Shown here: one piece after another, positions 1 to 7,466 of the stretch
Layout: every line of letters begins with the position of its first letter
Position numbering within the stretch: position 1 is the stretch's first letter
Origin: a candidate division WOR-3 bacterium
Lineage (GTDB): Bacteria; Hydrothermota; Tepidihabitantia; SM23-42; CAYGYG01
Length of the DNA: 10,386 nt
Direction: 5' to 3'
Assembly (NCBI GenBank): GCA_965648915.1
Contig: CBFGIV010000062.1
Span: 1-10,386, forward strand
Position numbers and translations under genes: made by a program
The notes under the pieces: generated by a model
The model's input: only the letters and a program-made list of their open reading frames with translations
What the model was told of the DNA's origin: nothing
Database searches by the model: none

Positions 1-1
1 C

Positions 2-70
2 GGTATATATTTTGTAAAACTCTATAATGATAAAGAAATCACAACAGGAAAGATCGTGGTGATAAAATGA
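2..70 (+). CDS. 3' end (partial) of a secreted protein with a T9SS type-A-like C-terminal sorting domain
   Basis: Frame 2 reads GIYFVKLYNDKEITTGKIVVIK* (TGA 68-70). This matches the G-x-Y-F-V ... K-(I/V)-V-(I/V)-x-K end of Por/T9SS-type CTDs. The gene starts left of the window. Confidence 0.75.
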   Translation, partial: GIYFVKLYNDKEITTGKIVVIK

Positions 71-194
71 TCTCAAGTGAACTTACCATTCCTAATAAAT
101 CTTCTCAAAATTCATTGTTCAACCATTCTAACATGTTAGAATTTTCGAACGGACAAAGAAATTTTAACAGGAAAGATCGCGGTGATAAAATGAT
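29..194 (+). repeat. 43-bp imperfect direct repeat (29-71 and 152-194) duplicating the gene's last 14 codons including the stop
   Basis: GATAAAGAAATCACAACAGGAAAGATCGTGGTGATAAAATGAT vs GACAAAGAAATTTTAACAGGAAAGATCGCGGTGATAAAATGAT. 5 mismatches, 123-bp offset. Confidence 0.9.
125..142. repeat. Perfect 18-bp palindrome
   Basis: ATTCTAACA|TGTTAGAAT, located between the two direct-repeat copies. Confidence 0.85.
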
Positions 195-215
195 TTTAAA
201 CAACAGACGATTGCT

Positions 216-250
216 CCTGCATAATCAAATTGTTAATGGATTTATGCAGG
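216..250. terminator. Inverted repeat between convergent genes, possible terminator
   Basis: CCTGCATAA (216-224) and TTATGCAGG (242-250) with a 17-nt spacer, lying between the + strand CTD gene and the - strand dehydrogenase. No strong U-tract. Confidence 0.35.
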
Positions 251-311
251 TAAAAGAATCAACAGGATGTCCCGGAATGCGAACGAATTTGTGTCGGGAT
301 AAAATCGCCAT

Positions 312-1403
312 TTAAATCTTTTTCGCAATCGCTTCGGCCATCTCCAGTGTAGAGGCCGTCCCCCCCATATCATAGGTCTTTACCTTCTGCTCTTTAATAA
401 CCTGGGCCACTGCCGATTCGAGCCTCCGTGCTCGATCCTCTTCATTCAACCACTCAAGCATCAACTTTACCGCAAGGATTGTTGCAATAGGATTTACTTT
501 GTAAAGACCAGCATATTTTGGTGCCGAGCCATGGGTCGGTTCGAAGACCGCATAGTTATCACCGATATTCCCGCTTGAAGCAAAACCAAGGCCACCGACC
601 ATCTGGGCACAGAGATCCGAGATAATATCACCGTAAAGATTTGGCGCAACCAGGACATCATAATTCAATGGATTCTTTAAAAGCCACATCGTAAGCGAAT
701 CGATATTGGCATTGTCTGCCTGAATCTCAGGGTATTCCCGGGCTACTTCATAGAAGACCTCGAGAAAAAGACCATCGGTCATCCGGACAACATTTGCCTT
801 GTGAACTGCAGTAACCTTGTGCCGGCGCTTTTTTCGCGCGAAATCAAAGGCGGCCCTGATGATTCGCTCACAACCCTTACGGGTATTTATCTTAAGTGAA
901 ACCGCTGCTCCGGCCGGGACCTTTTCCATTCCCTTAATCCTGAGCATCTCTTCGGGAACAGGATTGAATTCGACGCCTGAGTATAGATCCTCCGTATTTT
1001 CGCGAAAGATGACCAGATCAATATTTTCTCTATAGTTTAAATGATTACCCGGATAGGCATAACACGGCCTGAGACAGATGTAGAGATCAAACAACTGTCT
1101 CATTCGGACAATGGGACTGCGGTAAACGAACCCCTTATCTCTGATTTCAGGATTGAGTTCTTTAACTGCCTCATGCTGGGGTTTGGATGTTATCGCACCA
1201 AACAGCGCGCAGGTTGTATCCTTCATCATCTCGATCGTCCGCTCGGGTAAAGGATCACCTTCTTTTTTCCAGAACTCCCAGCCGATATCACCATTGATAT
1301 ATTCAGCATCAAGTTTTAACTTCTCCAGGACAATTTTTGCTGCATCAAGGACATCTTTTCCAACCCCGTCACCAGGAAGCCAGGCAATTCGATATTTAGC
1401 CAT
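312..1403 (-). CDS. Isocitrate/isopropylmalate dehydrogenase family protein, most similar in motif to homoisocitrate dehydrogenase
   Basis: LPGDGVG, RENTEDLY, VHKANV, NLYGDIISDLCAQMVGGLG and FEPTHGSAPKYAG motifs. Substrate helix YRSPIVRMR resembles HICDH (YSSPIVALR type) rather than the LeuB PExGLLxLR. GAGGAG RBS lies 5 nt before the ATG. Confidence 0.85.
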   Translation of the reverse strand: MAKYRIAWLPGDGVGKDVLDAAKIVLEKLKLDAEYINGDIGWEFWKKEGDPLPERTIEMMKDTTCALFGAITSKPQHEAVKELNPEIRDKGFVYRSPIVRMRQLFDLYICLRPCYAYPGNHLNYRENIDLVIFRENTEDLYSGVEFNPVPEEMLRIKGMEKVPAGAAVSLKINTRKGCERIIRAAFDFARKKRRHKVTAVHKANVVRMTDGLFLEVFYEVAREYPEIQADNANIDSLTMWLLKNPLNYDVLVAPNLYGDIISDLCAQMVGGLGFASSGNIGDNYAVFEPTHGSAPKYAGLYKVNPIATILAVKLMLEWLNEEDRARRLESAVAQVIKEQKVKTYDMGGTASTLEMAEAIAKKI

Positions 1404-1416
1404 CAGATCTCCTCAT

Positions 1417-2532
1417 TTACAATTCATACTGATATATCCGATATTTCTTATAAATTCTACCACCCATCTTCTCGATTGCCCGATTGGTCAAATAATTGTC
1501 TTCCAGCACCCAGGATAGTTCGCCTCCCTTATATCCTGCCTTCTTCCCGTACTTGAACGACTCCAGAAAGAAGATGGTTTCTATCCCCATCTGTCGGTAC
1601 TCTTTTTTTACACCCATAATCATTATCCGTGCCTGTCTTATCTTTTTACGATAGTAAAGAAATTTAATGACTTCGATCGGTCCCAGCCGGCCATTAAGTT
1701 TACTTAACACTTCATTATAATTGGGGACACCCAGTGAGACTCCAACCGGGTTACCATTCAATTCCGCAATTAAGACCAACTCGGGAACGACCAGCGGTTT
1801 TAACCTTTTGGCCATATCATCAAATTCTTCATCGGTCATCGGCACAAAACCCCAGTTCTTTTCCCAGGCCGAGTTATAGACCTCTTTGATCAATTCTAAT
1901 TCCCTTCTTAATAACTTCAACTGAATCGGCCGGATAACCAGCCCCGGCAGACGTTTTCTGGTAAACGCAACCAACCGTTCGAGATAATCGAATGGTGCCG
2001 AGTTCATATCAACATAATGGGCATAAAGATCGCGCGCTTTCCGGAAACCAAACTGTTCAGCAAAATCGAGATAATATCTATGGGTATGGGTCATCATAAT
2101 GAAAGGCGGGGTATCAAAACCTTCGAGCAAAAAACCGACCTCATCATTGGTCGAAGGATTCATCGGTCCATAAACTCGCTCCATCCCCTGGGATTTACTG
2201 AAGTCCAGCGCCCGGTTGAATAGAGCTCGGGCCACCTCATAATCGTTTATTGATTCAAAGAAACCAAAATAGCCGGCTTTTTCATTATGAAAATTAATGT
2301 AATTATTATCGATAATCGCGGCTATCCGACCAACAACCTCTCTATCTTTTATAGCGATATATAACTTTCCGGTTGAATGATGCCAGAAGGGATTTTTTTT
2401 ACGGTTGAGGACAAATTTTACTTCACTTCTTAAAGGTGGAACCCAGTTGGGGTCGCTTTTGTATAGATGATAGGGTAGTTCAACGAACTGGTCTAATCTC
2501 TTTTCATCTTTAACCTCTTCTACTTCAAACAT
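1417..2532 (-). CDS. YghO-like double-GNAT N-acyltransferase, probable bacterial ceramide synthase (bCerS)
   Basis: 371 aa with family motifs DPNWVPPL, VVGRIAAI, GYFGFFE, GPMNPSTNDEVGFLLEGF, NWGFVPMT, GVKKEYRQMG (acyl-CoA binding) and ELSWVLEDN. Starts 3 nt after the stop of the SPT-like gene. Confidence 0.75.
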   Translation of the reverse strand: MFEVEEVKDEKRLDQFVELPYHLYKSDPNWVPPLRSEVKFVLNRKKNPFWHHSTGKLYIAIKDREVVGRIAAIIDNNYINFHNEKAGYFGFFESINDYEVARALFNRALDFSKSQGMERVYGPMNPSTNDEVGFLLEGFDTPPFIMMTHTHRYYLDFAEQFGFRKARDLYAHYVDMNSAPFDYLERLVAFTRKRLPGLVIRPIQLKLLRRELELIKEVYNSAWEKNWGFVPMTDEEFDDMAKRLKPLVVPELVLIAELNGNPVGVSLGVPNYNEVLSKLNGRLGPIEVIKFLYYRKKIRQARIMIMGVKKEYRQMGIETIFFLESFKYGKKAGYKGGELSWVLEDNYLTNRAIEKMGGRIYKKYRIYQYEL

Positions 2533-2535
2533 AAA

Positions 2536-3723
2536 CTAACTTATAATCCCAAATTGCTTCCCCACTTTTTCAAAAACACCCAGCACAAAATCCATATCCT
2601 CATCCGTATGTGTCGCCATATAACTTGTCCTGATCAAAGAATGTTTGGGTGGAACCGCCGGTGATATCACCGGATTGGCAAAGACTCCGTTTTCAAACAG
2701 GGTCTTCCAGAAAAGGAATGTCTTCATATCATCACCGATGATAATCGGAATTACCGGGGTTTCACTGTTGCCCGTATTGAATCCCAATTTTTTGTAAGCG
2801 GCCAGCATACGCCTTGTTATCTCCCAGAGGCGCTTGCGTCTTTCGGGTTCGGTCTTGATAATTTCCAATGCCTTCCTGGCGGCGGCAACCGAGGCTGGAG
2901 TGATAGCGGCAGAAAAGATCAGAGCCCGGGCAGTATGTTTTATATAGATAATCGGATCTCTGGGACCGACAACAAAACCGCCTAAGGAACCAAAAGATTT
3001 GCTGAAGGTCCCCATTATGAAATCGACATCTTTAAGTACTCCGAAGTGTTCAGCGGTGCCTCTCCCCTTTTCGCCCATTACTCCGATCCCGTGTGCATCA
3101 TCCAGAATCAAGCGTGCATTATACTTCTTCTTCAATTCCACCACTTTAGGTAAATTTATCAAATCCCCTTCCATACTGAAAACACCATCGACGATTATCA
3201 GTTTGCCTCGATCATCGGAAATCTGACTCAGGATCCGCTCAAGATCCTTCATATCATTGTGCTTGAATTTCTTCAGGTCGGCAAAGGAGAGACGACAACC
3301 GTCAATGATCGAAGCGTGATTCTGACGATCAATCAGAATTACATCATTCTTGCCGGCAATGGCCGAAATCAAACCAAGGTTAGTTTGAAAACCAGTGGAA
3401 AAAGCAATACAGGCATCTTTCTCAAAGAACTCAGCAAGTTCGGTCTCCAACTGGACATGGATATCAAGCGTCCCATTCAGGAATCTTGAGCCGGAACAGG
3501 TTGTGCCATACCTTTTGATTGCCTCGACCGCCGCATCCTTCATCCTTGGATCATTAGAAAGCCCGAGATAGGAATTGGAGCCAATCAAAACCAGTTCCCT
3601 CCCCATAATCTTGACCCGGTGATCCTGAGCCGATTCGATTGGTGTAAAGTAAGGATAAAATCCAAATTTTAATGCCTGTTCGACCTGGCCAACGACACTG
3701 GCACATTTATCAAATAAATCCAT
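2536..3723 (-). CDS. spt: PLP-dependent alpha-oxoamine synthase, serine palmitoyltransferase-like
   Basis: GSNSYLGL, GSRFLNGT, NHASIIDG, DDAHG and GTFSKS (PLP Lys242). N-terminal YPYF and C-terminal PAVP...LIRTSYMATH are typical of bacterial SPTs. Adjacent to a bCerS-like GNAT. BioF/Kbl activity cannot be excluded without a phylogeny. Confidence 0.75.
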   Translation of the reverse strand: MDLFDKCASVVGQVEQALKFGFYPYFTPIESAQDHRVKIMGRELVLIGSNSYLGLSNDPRMKDAAVEAIKRYGTTCSGSRFLNGTLDIHVQLETELAEFFEKDACIAFSTGFQTNLGLISAIAGKNDVILIDRQNHASIIDGCRLSFADLKKFKHNDMKDLERILSQISDDRGKLIIVDGVFSMEGDLINLPKVVELKKKYNARLILDDAHGIGVMGEKGRGTAEHFGVLKDVDFIMGTFSKSFGSLGGFVVGPRDPIIYIKHTARALIFSAAITPASVAAARKALEIIKTEPERRKRLWEITRRMLAAYKKLGFNTGNSETPVIPIIIGDDMKTFLFWKTLFENGVFANPVISPAVPPKHSLIRTSYMATHTDEDMDFVLGVFEKVGKQFGIIS

Positions 3724-3729
3724 AGTTTA

Positions 3730-3757
3730 ATTTTATTCAGATTTGACCCGGTGTCAA
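3730..3757 (-). promoter_or_regulatory. sigma70-type promoter for the spt operon (probably leaderless)
   Basis: TTGACA (3757-3752), 16 nt, TAAAAT (3735-3730), 6 nt, then ATG at 3723. No SD sequence. Confidence 0.65.
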
Positions 3758-3796
3758 TCTCTACTTTTAAGCAAATCTTCTGTAATGAAATTTCTC

Positions 3797-3825
3797 TTGA
3801 TAATTTTCCGAAGATATAATATAAT
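3797..3825 (+). promoter_or_regulatory. sigma70-type promoter for the HEAT-repeat gene (probably leaderless)
   Basis: TTGATA (3797-3802), 17 nt, TATAAT (3820-3825), 6 nt, then ATG at 3832. No SD sequence. Confidence 0.6.
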
Positions 3826-3831
3826 CAATTT

Positions 3832-4836
3832 ATGAAAAGATTAATCTTTTGCCTGCTGTTTTTATCCTGTGGAGCACCACCCAGAGAAAAAGCATATAAG
3901 ATTCTAACTGATGGATTGAAGGACCACTCGAGGATAGTAAATATTACCGCTGCCCTAACTCTGGCAAAACTCAATGATACCCTTGCTTTAAAGAAACTGA
4001 ATGACTTTACAAAAAATAACGACGAAGAAGTAATCGCCTCAGCCATAATTGCATTGGGTAAACTTAAAAAAACTAATTCGATCGACCGCCTTACTGAATT
4101 AGCCATAAAAAATGAAAGTCCTCTGATCAGAACCGAGGCCTATAAGGCTCTTGCCCTCTACCAGAACAGATCTCTGGCGCCGATCTTTGAACGGGGCCTC
4201 GATGATCGAATCGGTAAGATCAGGGCAATATCGGCTCGAGCACTGGCCGATCTGGGATTGAAGGAATTTAAGAATAAAATCAGCAAACTCCTTAACAGTC
4301 CTGACCCTAATGTGAGACTGGCCGGGGCCGAAGCCCTTGGCCTGATGGGCGATCCTAAGATGGTCAACATCATCAAGCAGGAGATGGCAAAATCGGCTCA
4401 AACCGATTTTCAAATCTGGCCGACTGCAATCATCTCCCTGGCTAACCTGCAGGATACATCATCACTCACTTCAATCAAGGATTATACCCTCGACGCTCAA
4501 TTACCCTGGGAGATAAGATTATCTGCAGTCGAGGCATTATTAATCTTTGGCGATCAATCAGGGCGGGAGGTCCTGAGTGCGGCCCTGAAATCCAATGATG
4601 TCTATGTTCGAACACAGGCAATGGATATTATTCTCCGCCGGGGCGACGCCACCTTTCTTGAAGATGTCCGGCCGCTTATCAACGATCCCTATACCAATGT
4701 TGCTATTCCGGCGATTCAGTACTGCAGTAAGTGGGCGGGGCATAATTTTCTTACCGATCTGATAAATTTATTGAATCATCGGAATACCTATATTCAACTG
4801 GCTGCTGCTGAAGAAGTTCTGAAGAGGATAAAGTAG
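3832..4836 (+). CDS. HEAT/PBS-lyase-like repeat lipoprotein
   Basis: Signal II-like MKRLIFCLLFLS-C13. Repeats of about 31 aa with L..D....VR..AA.ALG (e.g. LLNSPDPNVRLAGAEALGLMGD, LDDRIGKIRAISARALADLG). Confidence 0.8.
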   Translation: MKRLIFCLLFLSCGAPPREKAYKILTDGLKDHSRIVNITAALTLAKLNDTLALKKLNDFTKNNDEEVIASAIIALGKLKKTNSIDRLTELAIKNESPLIRTEAYKALALYQNRSLAPIFERGLDDRIGKIRAISARALADLGLKEFKNKISKLLNSPDPNVRLAGAEALGLMGDPKMVNIIKQEMAKSAQTDFQIWPTAIISLANLQDTSSLTSIKDYTLDAQLPWEIRLSAVEALLIFGDQSGREVLSAALKSNDVYVRTQAMDIILRRGDATFLEDVRPLINDPYTNVAIPAIQYCSKWAGHNFLTDLINLLNHRNTYIQLAAAEEVLKRIK

Positions 4837-4921
4837 TAGAATATCGAGCTTGGATTAACCGTTAAAGAATCTGGGACGGTGGTAGATTTTTGTGTTCAAG
4901 GTAATTGTGGGTTATTACCGA

Positions 4922-5560
4922 TTACTTTACAAAAAGACTAACTCTTACACCATCGATCACATATTGAACCGATAGAAAAACCAGCATCAACCCCATAAAC
5001 CGCACAACCACCTTGGTGCCTAACTCGCCCAGAAATTTCCTTATTCTCTCTGACTGGGCAAGAATCAGATAAGATAGAAAAAGGACAATGATTATTCCAA
5101 TTATTAAAGCAAAGTAATGGAGAAATGAGATGCTCATTCCGGAAAAGAGTAAAACGGTTGTTATCGAACCGGGTCCGGCAAGAAGTGGAATCGCCAGGGG
5201 CGTTACCGAGATATCATCCATATCAATGGCAACCTTTTCCTCTTTTTCATCCATCTCGGTGCGGGTTGTTCGGCCGTAGAGCATCTCCAAACCAATAAAA
5301 AAGAGAAGAAGACCCCCACCAATCTTTATTGCACTAACTTTTATGCCAAAATAATCAAGCAGATATCGTCCCAGCAGGGCAAAAACCAGATGGATCAAAC
5401 AGGCAACGACGACCGCTTTCTTAATCATTATAATTCTTTCGCTCTGAGTATTGTTGCGTGTGATCGACCAGAAGATCGGCATACTGCCGATAGGATCAAC
5501 GATGAGAAAAAATTGCAATAAAAAAGTTAAGAAAAAACCTAATGGATTAGAAATCATCAT
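4922..5560 (-). CDS. MarC family integral membrane protein
   Basis: 212 aa with about 6 hydrophobic segments, VDPIG, IGGGLLLF, and the signature VTPLAIPLLAGPGSIT. Confidence 0.92.
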   Translation of the reverse strand: MMISNPLGFFLTFLLQFFLIVDPIGSMPIFWSITRNNTQSERIIMIKKAVVVACLIHLVFALLGRYLLDYFGIKVSAIKIGGGLLLFFIGLEMLYGRTTRTEMDEKEEKVAIDMDDISVTPLAIPLLAGPGSITTVLLFSGMSISFLHYFALIIGIIIVLFLSYLILAQSERIRKFLGELGTKVVVRFMGLMLVFLSVQYVIDGVRVSLFVK

Positions 5561-6525
5561 TCACTCCTGGTCTCTTGAAATTCATAAATTTTATAATTTT
5601 TCAGGTAATAACTATTCTCTATCGTGATCTTTGATTTTAAATAATTGGTTATGAACTGCCCGCAGTTCGAACCGATTAGATTCTCCTCATTTTCACCGAT
5701 ACTGATCAGCACATCATAACCAAGGGTTTTAAGTTTCACAAGTTCCTCATAATTTTTATGAACATCTGCTGGGTCGATATAAGTTTTAAGATTATTCTTT
5801 ATTGCCTGATATGTAGGATTCAGCGGTGTAAATTTGAGCAGAAAAATTTCCGGACTAAAATAATCCTCGATAACATTTGCCTCGATCGGAAAACCAATGG
5901 GGGTAGCAAAATTTAAGCCGATCTTGCGATCGCCCGGTCTATAGAACCTTCTCCCATAATCAGCAATTCGATCAAAATCCCATTTTTTAATGGGCATCAG
6001 ATAATCTCTCAACTTTTCATCGGTCGTATGGATTGAGAACTGCAACTGAAATCGTCCTCGATACATCTTATCTTTGATATTTTTCAATTCTGTGAAGAAC
6101 TTATCACAAACATCCGGGGCAATAGTTGAAAGACAGGGCATAAGCCCTGGAGCATCATACCTCTCGGGCAGTTTTTCAAGCACTTCCAGTACCGCATCAT
6201 TAAAAGTTGGCTCTCCCATCCGGGCAAATTGAATTTTGAATTTAGGTACCGGCACCTTGCGGTCTGGATAACGACGCTTAATTAGAAAATCGATCTGGGC
6301 TAAAATCTCTTCAGCAGAAAGACTCCCTTGATAATGACCACCAGCATCGCAGATCCGGCACCTGACCGGACACCCGGCCAGGACCGATATTAATAATACC
6401 CATTTCTTTTCACGGGGGATCGGTGGCTGAACCGATTCAGCGAATTCTATCAACCGGCCATCTGCCAATTGAGCAATCCAGACCGTTGCCAGTTCTTCTT
6501 TTCCATAAATATCGAGAATTTTCAT
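5557..6525 (-). CDS. Radical SAM enzyme, atypical RlmN/Cfr-like (class A methyltransferase-related)
   Basis: CxxxCxxC at C52/C56/C59, ARMGEP (RlmN MGMGEP), LQFSIH (RlmN LAISLH) and GSNCGQF C288 (RlmN AACGQL C355). No N-terminal RlmN helical domain. ATGA overlaps with both neighbours. Confidence 0.85.
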   Translation of the reverse strand: MKILDIYGKEELATVWIAQLADGRLIEFAESVQPPIPREKKWVLLISVLAGCPVRCRICDAGGHYQGSLSAEEILAQIDFLIKRRYPDRKVPVPKFKIQFARMGEPTFNDAVLEVLEKLPERYDAPGLMPCLSTIAPDVCDKFFTELKNIKDKMYRGRFQLQFSIHTTDEKLRDYLMPIKKWDFDRIADYGRRFYRPGDRKIGLNFATPIGFPIEANVIEDYFSPEIFLLKFTPLNPTYQAIKNNLKTYIDPADVHKNYEELVKLKTLGYDVLISIGENEENLIGSNCGQFITNYLKSKITIENSYYLKNYKIYEFQETRSE

Positions 6526-7421
6526 AATACTGGTTGGCGTAAAAATTCATTTATTTTCATCGCGGCTTTGATTCCATCGCCCACCGCGATCGCGGTCTGC
6601 CTCAGATTACCATTCTTCACATCACCGATGAAATGAATATACCTGTTATCTCCTTCAGGATAAGACCTGCGCAGCGGAGGTGAAAGAAAGTCCAATGCCG
6701 GCTCACGGCCAATTGCATATATCACATAGTCACAAATCATCTCTTCGCCCTTCCGGTAATGGACTTTAGTTAATTTAATAATTAAATAATTATTTGATTG
6801 ATTAATTGTTGAGATTCTTACTCCGGTCCGGTACTGGATCTGCTCGTTTGCCTGGATCTGTTGATAAAGTCTTGGCAAACACTTAAATCGGTCTCTCCGA
6901 TTAAGAATTACCACCCGATTTTTGCGAGCAAGATTTAAGGCATAATCAAAGGCAGCATCTCCCCCACCGACGATCACAATCTTTTTATCTTTGAGATGGC
7001 GAATTGGATAGACTTCAGAAAAGATCCGTTTTCCCTGGAGGGGAGAAAATCCATCAGGGAATCGAGGTTTTGTACCCGAGGCAACGATTAAAATCGAAGC
7101 ATAGTAGCATCTCTTTTCAGTTTTTAAAACAAAAGATTTATTTCTTCGTGTAACTGAAACAACCGGTTGATTTCTAACCTTTATCTTCAGACTATCAAGA
7201 TGCTGTCTCATCAAACTGACCAGCCTTGGGCCTGAAATCCCACAAGGAAAACCAGGATAGTTTTCAACCCTGTGGGCATTATTGAGCAAACCACCAATTT
7301 GACCTTTCTCAAATATGATCGGAGTGAAACCGGACCTTTTCAACTGAATTGCCGCTGCAATGCCGGCCGGTCCCGCACCGATAATGGCGATCTTATTGTT
7401 AAATTTAGAATTCTCTCTCAT
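6522..7421 (-). CDS. Thioredoxin-reductase-like FAD/NAD(P)H oxidoreductase lacking the CxxC motif (possible TrxR-type ferredoxin/flavodoxin reductase)
   Basis: GAGPAG, GGLL...VENYPGF, VASGTKP, VGGGDAAFD, NRRDRF and IGD motifs. FSEVYP occupies the position of TrxB CATC. ATG at 7421 (in-frame TTG at 7427 is the alternative start). Confidence 0.85.
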   Translation of the reverse strand: MRENSKFNNKIAIIGAGPAGIAAAIQLKRSGFTPIIFEKGQIGGLLNNAHRVENYPGFPCGISGPRLVSLMRQHLDSLKIKVRNQPVVSVTRRNKSFVLKTEKRCYYASILIVASGTKPRFPDGFSPLQGKRIFSEVYPIRHLKDKKIVIVGGGDAAFDYALNLARKNRVVILNRRDRFKCLPRLYQQIQANEQIQYRTGVRISTINQSNNYLIIKLTKVHYRKGEEMICDYVIYAIGREPALDFLSPPLRRSYPEGDNRYIHFIGDVKNGNLRQTAIAVGDGIKAAMKINEFLRQPVL

Positions 7422-7438
7422 CTCCAAAGATTAACAAT

Positions 7439-7466
7439 GTATGGACACGCCTTGGCGTGTCCATAC
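7439..7466. repeat. 28-bp palindromic hairpin after ssrA (REP-like element and/or terminator)
   Basis: GTATGGACACGCC-TT-GGCGTGTCCATAC with 13-bp perfect arms, 18 nt downstream of the tmRNA 3' end. Confidence 0.75.

Noticed and set aside
29..194. DGR template/variable repeat pair
   Set aside because: The mismatches are not confined to adenines of one copy on either strand, the repeat is short, and no reverse transcriptase is in the window.
214..241. Possible dif site (GCATAA...TGTTAA)
   Set aside because: Spacing and right arm do not fit the 11-6-11 XerC/XerD layout (no TTATGTTAAAT). It is better explained as an inverted repeat.
67..315. 82-aa + strand ORF
   Set aside because: No recognisable motif. 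It runs across the direct repeat and palindromes in a different frame from the duplicated tail, so it is probably intergenic.
817..4743. Short ORFs antisense to the dehydrogenase, GNAT, spt and HEAT genes
   Set aside because: They are shadow frames of well-supported genes and carry no motifs.
5557..6525. Naming the gene rlmN or cfr
   Set aside because: It lacks the C118-equivalent residue and the N-terminal domain, so the symbol is withheld.
6522..7421. Naming the gene trxB
   Set aside because: No CxxC redox motif at the expected position.
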